NCBI RefSeq assembly: GCF_000150275.1
Contig: NW_002060944.1
Location: forward strand, 1,908,911 to 1,972,910
Direction: 5' to 3'
DNA: 64,000 nucleotides
DNA from: Trichoplax adhaerens
Lineage: Eukaryota; Animalia; Placozoa
Below the pieces are notes generated by a model. That model made no database searches and had not been told where the DNA came from. It saw only the letters and a list, made by a program, of their open reading frames with translations. Shown piece after piece: positions 54,285 to 64,000 of this stretch. A program made the position numbers and the translations under genes. Every line of letters begins with the position of its first letter. Within the stretch, counting starts at the first letter, position 1.

Positions 54285-54527
54285 TTAAAATGGGTATAAA
54301 CAGCGCAAAGTTAAATAAATGCTTTGTTGTCCGCAATATATTTGAAAAACTGGAGAATTTATTGAAGATCCAGTCTGACGTTCTTCAAGCCAAACTTTTG
54401 CGCCACATTCGCTACATTGTTCATTCATTCTTTGCAATTGATGCGGAGTAACGATTGTACGCGGATTTCTGCCTATGGAAATCGTGCTAATAGCCAATCT
54501 ACGTCGTTCTTTGCCTTGTTGCTTCAT
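54285..54527 (-). mobile_element. Decayed Helitron RepHel N-terminal cysteine-rich fragment
   Basis: MNEQCSECGAKVWLEERQTGSSINSPVFQIYCGQQSIYL fits the CxxCxAxxWxxE...PxFxxCCxxGKxxL motif of Helitron RepHel proteins; frame decays afterwards. Confidence 0.7.
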
Positions 54528-55053
54528 TTCTTATACGGCGGTGAAATGTATTCTAGACGAATAGCAAAGTGTATCATGTGCATCAAACATGAAACGATTT
54601 CACTAACTGTAGACTGGTGCTGTAATAGTCTTTACGGTAATATTCACTGTATAAAATATGCAAATCATCCGTCATCATAAGCGTAGTAACTAACTGTAGC
54701 CGTGAATACAGTATAGCGACGGATAGAGGGCTGGGTGCTCGGTTGAGCAATTGACTCTTGATATTTTTATCACTTTATATCGCAGTATTGAATAATTATA
54801 TTTCTTTAAAGTTTCTAATGCAATCTATCAGTCGCTGTTAAGTGTACGGTCGCTCCAACTATTTTACAAGTCACGTCGTAATATCGGTCATATCTGTTAC
54901 TAAGTTCCGCTTGGAGACAGTTATTGTAGAAGATTGTCGATGTACCAAAATTAGTATACCAATGATTTAGAGAACAGACAATAGCTTTTAACATCCGGTC
55001 TCTTCGCTAACATTTTAATGACTAGTGTACAGTACTGTACACAGTGTACTGTA

Positions 55054-55194
55054 CACTGTATTAGGAGGTCATCCAGGATTGATCGTAATTACTGCAATAC
55101 TTTGCTGTTGATGCTTCGAGAAGACTTATAAAATCTAGAAAGCGCTCTAAACAAAGTATTGCAGTAGTTATGACCAATCCTGGATAACCTGGTG
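55054..55194. mobile_element. MITE-like element with 39-bp inverted arms and possible TA target duplication
   Basis: 55066-55104 versus reverse complement of 55152-55190: 35/39 identical; TA|CAC at the left, GTG|TA at the right. Confidence 0.6.
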
Positions 55195-57075
55195 TATAAT
55201 ATACTGTACTCTTATTATCAACTTGAAGTCGCACTATCCAAGCGTATAGTATTTCGTGGAATTTCTATTGGTTTCACTAGAATAGATTAATGTTATAATC
55301 AAATCGTATTATGCGATTATCTCTATTAGCTTGAAATTGCGCTATATTCCGTGGAATTTCCACGGGTTTCGCTGGTTATATTATATTATCATACGCGTAG
55401 TCACTGTCAAACTGAGTAATTGTAAAGTAAAAGCATGAGCTTCCTTAATCTTTTCCCGAAGTTTATGGCGAAATGTAACAAGTACAGTAACAGTACAGTA
55501 CAGTAGACTCAACCATGTTAATAAGCATTTCTTGCAGCAATTTACGCGATTGTTTCGAGCAACAAAGTCCATATTTCCGCTTACTATTGATTATATATTA
55601 TCCACGAATCGATTATTCAACGCTAGATGGAGAAAGATGTTTGCATTTACAATTTCAAGTCATTAAAGTATCGAAGTTTTGGACTATAGATATAAACCTA
55701 CTTTATACACCGTATAATATGTTCGGAACGCTACAAAAACTTTTCTAATCTCTTTGGCTAGCTTTGATTTAAGTCTTCGGTATATTTTACTGCATACGCT
55801 TGACTTTTGCATTGAAAGAATATGCTAATTGCTGGTCACTTTGGATCAGATTAGAGTCTCTAAATATATTAATCAGCATTACTCTTGCAAGATCTATAAA
55901 TAAAGCAAACTTTGCTCATCTTTCACTTAAGAAAGTTAGGCTGGCGTATTCGATATCATCGACTATTGTAAAAACCTAAAAAGTAAGCGGCTTATTACTC
56001 ATTACAGTATAATTATATACAGTACAGTATCTCAACGCCAAAGCATTGTGTAGCTATTCATGAAATCCTTATTTTTGTTAATTCTAGAGTTAATTCAAGG
56101 TATTAATAGTACACCGCGAAAGTTGAAAACATGATCCATAATTTAACTAGACGCTAAATAATTAAGTAGATGTTCAGTACGTATATGTACATGTTGCTGG
56201 TGTTACTGTTGCATCTATATAATTATTCGATCTACTGGCAGGCTTTTGAGAGATGGATAAGCCGATAAATCCTTCCAACTTACATGAATAAGAAAATTAG
56301 TTGGATAGCAAATATCTTTATCACTCTACGAGTGCTCAGTTTACTGTTACTGCAGTAGTTGATTTCTTAAGCCGTGAATGACCGCATAATACGAATTAGC
56401 AATTCGAAAAATATGTTTTTGTTTCGGATATACCGATTTCCTCAATGGGGAGTATTGTGATGTAAGATACGCTAAGTAACGGTTGGTATCAATTAGAAGC
56501 TAATTGTTTAACTTCGTTATTGTAACCAAAATTTCGGCTTTGTACATAGCTACACAGAGGAATCTTAGCGTTAGCCCGCCGATAGGAAATTTAATACTGT
56601 CTTGTAAATATTATGCGAGATCGTTTCTCTTTTATTTATTAACTCTTTGTTAGATTCTTAAGTTGGCTTGCTTATTTGCAATAAGGTATTCGTCTGATAA
56701 ACCTACCAACTATTGTTAGGTAATTAAGGAATCTATATGTATAGAAGTTTCTGTTATAATTCATTAATTATAATTATAATTAGCTATAATATCGCAATAC
56801 TTATACGGTGAAATATATGAATATGCGTAACATTCTGCATGAAATATTAAAACAATGGAGGCGATTTCTAGTACATTAGTGATTGCTTCTTCTAAGACTG
56901 CCATATTTATACAGCTCAAGTTCAACTATTCTAGGCATAGTTTCAGATCATTCAGAAAGCAAGTGGATATATAATTATCATTACATACAGTAGCAAAATT
57001 TGCCTTTAAAGGATAACAGAAGATACGCAATTTTGATAGCTTAAAATATATTTTTTACGATTCTAGATCTTATGT

Positions 57076-58872
57076 TTATGATTTGCTATTACCGTTGCCC
57101 GAAGCAAACTTAGATTCTTCATCGAATGGCGGTTTTTTGTCTTGACTGCTTTTAAGTAATTTCTCTATATCTCTGTAATAATAGCAAAGAAGTCAACATT
57201 GTAATTGCGGGTTTGTGGAAAAAAGCAAAGCCAGATAGCTGTAGCGGATATATCGAAGGTCACAGAATAAATAGTACTCCATAGTTCAGTAATCCGAAGT
57301 ATTACAGTATTTTCTTAATTTACTACGTAAATACTGTATAACTTAAAAAGAACTGCCTGTTTTGAAAGCGGTAGCAACTAGCAACCAGCAGCTGAGGTTA
57401 CAACGTTAATTGCCTGCTTTCATATAATTTCTCATGACGTACCGATACTGCAAGTAGACCTGATCAAAATCTATGACATTATCGTGCATTTTGGTCAGGT
57501 CTACTGCATACTGTATATGTAACGGTATGTTTTCTCTAATTAAATAGTGAATTATAAATACTGTTGCTATTCACTAGATATTGTTATATATGTAAGAATA
57601 CAGTAGCCTGTTGTACTGCACCGAATGTGTTGTCATAACAGTCCATGAACGTGACTACATAGACCTGACAGACTACATCAAACAATAAAATAGAATACAG
57701 TACTGTACTGTATTAAAGTTGGCCTTAATGTTTCGTAGCCCTGATTGCTATCTTAAAAAATGTTTATTATTCATACCACGATAGGTAAGTTACTAGCTGC
57801 CGCCTGTAAAGCTAGAATACGTATCTCAATTTCACCTAACAATATAATTACGTAATTTACTATACGTATTTGCACGATCCCACCCTCGTACCTTTATTAA
57901 AAACTCCTAGCTTTATACTCTCGAAGACTGATTGTATGGTGGGGCATCTACAGAATCTGCAGTATGAATGCAAGCTAGGAGCGCGTGCAAGGTTCGGCAG
58001 TAGTAATAAAAGAAAGAAAGAATAATAATAATAATAAAATACGTATCTACTGTACACTCAGTGTACAGTATGCGAGAATTGCGAATGCAGCATTTACTGA
58101 TAACTGTATGATGGACTGTACACTGTACAGTACAGTAGTATATTGCAGAACTATAGAATATGCTCTAGCGTACAGTAGGACACTGGCTCATGTAAGACTT
58201 TAGTACAGATGTACTGTACAGTGTACACTACTGTACAGTACAGTAGTTACCGACCCTAATTGCAATGATGTCACTATTAATCAAGTCTTACAGCACTAAA
58301 GGAATTTATTGTACAATTTAATTTGTTGCAATATTACAGCATCATGCAACGCAAGAAATTAAAATTAATTTGTTGTATCAACCCTAGTATATAGTACATT
58401 ATGATCTACCACATCCTGTGCATCCTTACATTTTGCTGTCGTAAAACCATCCTTTATTATCGGAAATGAGGTGTAAATTCTGGCAATTTTCACAACGAAC
58501 TATAACGACACCGTTCTCGTACGCCTGTCTTGAAAACACCTTAGTGGATCTACTATCGCAAACTTTGCATGTAAATGTTAAGGATATATTTTTATCAATA
58601 AAAAATTTTTGATTTGTAGTCTTATTTTCATCGATAAATTTTGAACATGTTTCGTTTAATCTATTCTGATCCAATCTATTTTTCGTGGAACAGCTCTGAC
58701 AACGATGAAATATCGGCACTGCTACTTGTGGAGGAGATTCACATTCTAATCGCTTTAGTAGCGAGCGAAGTGGGTTCTTCAAAAGGGGTAAATGGACTCT
58801 TCCAGTGAAATATCGGTAATAGGTACTGACTGTGACTATTTTAACTCTTACAAATGATTTAGTTTGATACAT
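57076..58872 (-). CDS. DNLZ: DNL-type zinc finger protein (Hep1/Zim17), 2 coding exons (58872-58430, 57172-57076)
   Basis: [46 protein letters not shown]; basic N-terminal presequence; splice AT|gtaagg...cag|A gives KIDIEKLL like DNLZ NIEEIL. Confidence 0.9.
57453..57505. repeat. 53-bp hairpin with 17/18-bp arms in the DNLZ intron
   Basis: agtagacctgatcaaaat ... attttggtcaggtctact. Confidence 0.7.
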
Positions 58873-58984
58873 TTTGTAATTCACTGTATTTCTGTAAATG
58901 TAAATTAAGCGCTCTTTTAGGATAGTTAGTTACTAATGCGCAAATTGCAGCGTTTTGATAAAAAATCCTTAATTTAGCTACAGA

Positions 58985-59470
58985 CTTACTGTACTGTACA
59001 GTACAGTACAGTACACAGTGTAAGTACAGTACACAGTGTAAGTACAGTAAATATTCAATAACGAACACATTGACGTTCAATACTAGTCATCCGACACCTC
59101 TCTGCACTTAACATCAACAGTACTGTACGTACAGTACTTTTACGCTTTTACAGTAGAGAATACTGGTACTGTACTGTACAGTACACTTAAAGTACTGTAC
59201 TGAGACATACTGTACTATACTGTACACACGCATAGTTAACTCTATGCACAGACGTTATTCGTTAGTGTTTACTGACGTCACAAACCCTATGTGCACTACT
59301 GTACCGTAATACTGTACTGTACTGTGCAGTACAGTATGAAAAAGAAAAGAAAAAGACTACAGTACTGTACTGTACCCGAGAACTTGTAGCCTACTGTACA
59401 GTACCGTACAGTACAGTAGTATCAGAGTAAAAAGGACAGTAGACCTCACAGTACATAGTACAGCAAATAC
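58985..59470. repeat. TACAG/CTGTA array between divergent DNLZ and UBE2S
   Basis: tactgtactgtacagtacagtacagtac; 18-bp tandem tacagtacacagtgtaag x2. Confidence 0.85.
59273..59280. promoter_or_regulatory. Consensus CRE (TGACGTCA) in the DNLZ/UBE2S divergent interval
   Basis: Perfect palindrome between the two start codons; function not shown. Confidence 0.35.
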
Positions 59471-59848
59471 TGTAATCGTAACAAAAACATTCAAATTTTA
59501 AATTTTTAAACGAGCAACGATTTTGACGAAATACAGTATTATGATTCTTATTAAGTTAACGTAAAACGCATGTACGTTAGATCTGCTATTTATTTGTGAA
59601 AATAACTTTGGAGTAGGCCATACAGTACTGTACCCTAGCTGTTTGAAGGTGAAAAGAAAAACGACGCAACTGCACAAATTAATAATAAGTAACTACTGTA
59701 AATGCGCATATTTATGAAACAACTATAAGAGTACATACAGTACAACAAGAAAGATCATTTAAGATAGTGCTTCCATTGAGAACGACTTTTAGAAGACGTG
59801 CCCGATCAGTTTTGGCGAAAGATTCGTACTTTATTGAAAATTAACTTA

Positions 59849-61908
59849 ATGGCTGCGGTAAATCTAAACAGTACTTACTACTTACTAACTACTATTTATA
59901 TTAATTATACTGTATATATATAAAACATATATACATATATATATCTTTCGTTATTTGTCTTTGAGTTATGGTAATTTTCTTTAGTATGAGATACTATATC
60001 GATGCACGCTAGCTAATCTTGGCTAATATTTCATTCGAACCGATTGAGCCGATAGCGCCCATTAGATACTCTACGCAAATGAATCAGGGACCTTCATTTG
60101 CACTTTTTTTTGTAGATTATACAGTATTATAAGGTCTATTTTTTTGCTGGCTACTCTGTGGTCATTATACTCATAGACATGAATTAGCTTTGGTAAGGAA
60201 GAACTTAATGTACTGTACTGTAATACTAGATGCACAAATTTCGAATCGAATCGTAGTTGAACGCTAATATTCGTATTATAAAATCAATCAATCTAAACGC
60301 CAGCTAATTTTTAAATATTTGTTAATTAAATTCTACTTTACAAAAGAATTTATTAGGTCAGGCTCTACCGTCTGAAATTGTTAAGCGAGTTATAAGAGAA
60401 CTCGGAAATTTGATGTCTGATCCACCCGAGGGAATCAAAATCTTTCCTAATGACGGTGATGTCACTACTCTTTACGCAGCGATTGAAGGACCAGGTATGA
60501 TACTATGTAGTACTAATGCATTAAGAAATAATCATATGTATAATACAGTATGTACAGTATAGCACTTACGCGTATTCTACGTAAACATGTCTTACCAAAT
60601 TATACCCTACTTAATAGCTACATAAATTCGTAACTCCACTATCGTAACGTACAGTAGCACGATAGCAATGACTATAATTTCTACTTTACTTCATTGAAGC
60701 TTTCCAGACGTAACAGATTAATCAGAATAAAAAATTGTTTCATAGTACGGTACATTGTGTTCAGATACTTAATAGATTTAGAGACCATCCAGAACTTATC
60801 GCAATTACTTAATGTCAAATCATACAATATGAATGTAATTTATAATAAATTAACTTGCTAACGAAGTATTCTTTAAGTCAAATGTTAATATAGGGATTTA
60901 CGAAGATTTTATTTCCTATTATTTATGTGATTTATGTTACGATTATATTATAAAATATTTGTTAATTTATATTTTAACTCTTCGTTAATTCAATGTTACT
61001 AAAATATGTATTCCATGTAATAGTTGGAACTCCTTACGAAGGTGGAATATTCCGCCTAAAGTTGATGTTGGGTAAAGATTTCCCAATGGTACCCCCTCAA
61101 GGTATAAACCCATTGACTATTGGACCACTAGTGTAGATGTAATATTAATTGATATCAATACCATTTATAATACTGAACGAATATGTGATAGCAAGCATAA
61201 GGTTTCATAATTGCATTGAAACATCAATGATACGCGTATATCACGTTACCTCTTAAACAATATGTAGACTTACCTTTCTAAACGATTGGCTGTTAACACG
61301 GCCATTTTCGGCAATGTAACCGTTAATATCTATCAGTTGGGTTATAAATATGTGTTGTAGCACTAATTAAATTAGTTCACTTATGCAGTTCTAAATTTAT
61401 TACAGGGTATTTTTTAACTAAAATATTTCATCCCAACGTCGCTCAGAATGGAGCAATTTGTGTTAATACTTTGAAGAAAGATTGGAAGCCTGATTATGGA
61501 ATCCAACATATTCTACTGGTACTAATTATAATTATATCCAAAGTGATCATGTAGCAAACACAATCTTCTGCTAAGTTGTAAATCAGCTATAACTTGTGTG
61601 TGGATAATACTGTATAATTATTAAATGATACTTTTAAACTCTTCCAGACAATCAAGTGTCTCCTAATTGTTCCAAACCCAGAATCGGCTTTAAATGAAGA
61701 AGCTGGTAGGTTATTACTAGAACGTTATATTGATTATTCACATCGGGCCATGATGATGACCGAGATACATGCTATGGACTATAAGAAAAACAGCCTTTCG
61801 GAAAATGTTGATCCCGCAAAGGGAGAGATAGCAACGAAAAGATATTTTGAAGAAAAGAAAGTTGAAAGAAAAACTAAAGACAAAAAAAGGGCATTAAAGA
61901 GATTGTAA
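59849..61908 (+). CDS. UBE2S: Ubiquitin-conjugating enzyme E2 S
   Basis: [29 protein letters not shown]|[17 protein letters not shown]|[24 protein letters not shown]|[25 protein letters not shown]; basic tail [10 protein letters not shown]. First exon (ATGGCTGCG|gt) tentative. Confidence 0.93.
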
Positions 61909-63785
61909 CCTATAGGAATATGAACCTTCTGACCTTTTATTTGTTTTACGAAAGTACATATGCTATTACAGAATCAAGCTATTGCCTTATTTTACTCATG
62001 GGTAGTGACTATTTCAGCGGACATCGTGGTAATCTCTTAACACTGTACTTATGATCCATTAAATCAGCTTTACCTAAGACTTAATTGTTATTTGACAGAT
62101 TTGTCATCATGGAATACTATGTATTATGCATGTTTATTTAACTTTCACACTAGATCTAGCTCATTCTTAAAAATTTTGGAAATAGTTCGCTTATAATAGC
62201 AAAATATAAATGAAAGATTAAGATTTTGTACAATTCTTTAAAACTTTGCAAAATTTAAATAGTGCAGTGTACGCTGTTAGTGAAACGTAGATCATTTCGT
62301 AAAGATTAGTGAATGATCTATTATTAAGAGAATAGGAAGGATCAGCGAACGAAATTTGAATCCTTTATCTGCTTCTTGGGACTCTGTCGTGATTACATGT
62401 TCTTCGAATCTGCCGAAACCATAAGGCATATATAAAAAATTTTACAAAAGTGCGTAACACTGTAAATTTCGCCTTTCTTATCGTATTTTAATGTTAGTAT
62501 AGATACGTATGGAACTGTAGACTTCATGGCCAAGTATCACGAAAGCAGATATTTTATTTAGAGCGCTTGCGTATGCTGTATAGTATTTAATAACGATCGA
62601 ATGCCATTATGTGCGTTCTGAAACAATGCACTGCACACCAGACCTGTTGGTACACTGTACTAGTAACACACGGCGAAGAATTTTCAATAAAACAATTCTA
62701 CTGTCTCCGATGGTCATGCTTTTATTCGATCAGGACATTCTTTTGTTTCTTAATTTCTTTTGGGTCAGCAGTATAAAACATGACGCTCATTTCGTTTTAC
62801 CCTGCTTATCTGTACAAGAGCTGTTACTATAGAAAAAATCAGTGAGTTATTCCGAAAGAAAATGTAATTTACAGTAAATACGTACGTATTTTCTTCACTT
62901 CATCATTAGTCATCTATAAGCCGTAGCATATTTAAAGCGATTTTACGATCAAACTGCGAACTAATACACTTCTTGCATTTAATAATACATACTATACATG
63001 TGTTATATATAAATTAATAATTACGAATAGCAAATCTGTACTGTATATGGAAAAAAAGTGGTTACGTTATACATTAATTTGCATCAGTAATATGCAGATT
63101 TCACTATATGTTTTTTTGCAATTACAGTTTTACTCTATAAAACTTTGGTCAAGTTGAACTTCACTCTACATAAAAAGTTCAAGCACTACCATGATTTGCA
63201 ATATCTATCATAGTTACAATAAATAATATCATATTCTGCACATTCAACTTCCATCACTTTTACAGTTATTTCTTTCAATCTTTACGTACCGCTAGCCGTA
63301 GCACGTACTATGAAAGTCACATGCTGAAGGGTAAAAGAAATGAAAGGTTAAAGAACTATGAATCACTTAACATAAGCAAGATGTAAATCTTTGATTTTTA
63401 CTGATAGCTTAATCCCTAAATGCTATATATACGCGTATATAAGGATAGATAAGAAATACGCAGCATGTAAAATTCGTTACTATGAAAATAAGCTGAAGCG
63501 CTATACAGTACTGTAAATTTATTGATGAACATTCAACATTTTGCAAATGAGATTGAGAAACTCGATAGCTTCAATAAGGCTTTACTGTGCAATCACTCCT
63601 CCCGCTGTTTCGGGTATCTGCAAAGAAATTTCAATAATTTAGGTCCTCTGGTCAACATGAACCCTCATGATTTAATAAATATGTGTCCTTTCAGAGTACT
63701 ATAGTAGCAATAGCCACCAGTATTAATCAAAGATAAAAGATTTAATGAGAGTAATTTAATATGTTCTTTTAAGTGAATTTACTGT

Positions 63786-64000
63786 TTAGGATCCGTCAAC
63801 CAGCTCATCAATCTCAACACCGTACTTTCGTAGTGTCTCTTCTAAAGGGCTAAAATTAACATAAGAGTCAGCATAGCTTGAATCTAAAGAAGCAACATTT
63901 GCGTCCACATTTTCAGTTACGCTGCTCCTTCCATTGCCGCGATCGACTTGCAAAAGACTTATGCCACCACTATCAACATCAGGTGTATCATTAATATTGC
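63786..64000 (-). CDS. Possible 3' exon of an unidentified gene running off the window
   Basis: Open frame NINDTPDVDSGGISLLQVDRG...EETLRKYGVEIDELVDGS*; coding-like composition, no family recognised. Confidence 0.35.
   Translation of the reverse strand, partial: NINDTPDVDSGGISLLQVDRGNGRSSVTENVDANVASLDSSYADSYVNFSPLEETLRKYGVEIDELVDGS

Noticed and set aside
7966-58872. DNAJC19 and DNLZ (both mtHsp70 partners) as a functional cluster
   Set aside because: About 47 kb and many unrelated genes apart; compatible with chance
62620-63720. Candidate small minus-strand exons downstream of the edge ORF
   Set aside because: Could not be joined into a recognisable protein
1-64000. CRISPR arrays, tRNA, rRNA, operons
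   Set aside because: Intron-containing eukaryotic DNA; no repeat-spacer pattern or recognisable tRNA/rRNA seen by eye

Overview
AT-rich, gene-dense animal genomic DNA with many short introns. The compact introns, conserved metazoan gene set and pervasive (TACAG/CTGTA)n patches suggest a placozoan such as Trichoplax (inference only). Splicing by hand gives 11 recognisable genes: SNAPIN(-), DBR1(+), DNAJC19/PAM18(-), a Habc-less syntaxin-8(+), a netrin lacking its laminin N-terminal domain(-), RALGPS(+), TRPA1-like(-), a PLXDC-like receptor with extra FN3 and C-type lectin domains(+), C1orf21-like(+), FKRP(-), DNLZ(-) and UBE2S(+), plus a possible partial gene at the right edge. Mobile DNA: two copies of a non-autonomous Helitron, a decayed Helitron RepHel fragment and several tiny inverted-repeat insertions. 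Main points of interest: (1) palindromic TACAG/CTGTA arrays sit in all five head-to-head gene intervals, and two repeat copies differ at four sites that all favour this motif in the promoter-proximal copy; (2) a tail-to-tail STX8-netrin pair (same arrangement as human STX8-NTN1) in which both genes appear to lack their N-terminal halves; (3) an unusual PLXDC architecture that needs two GC-AG introns. Exon coordinates were read by eye and homology calls are from memory of the families, not from database searches.
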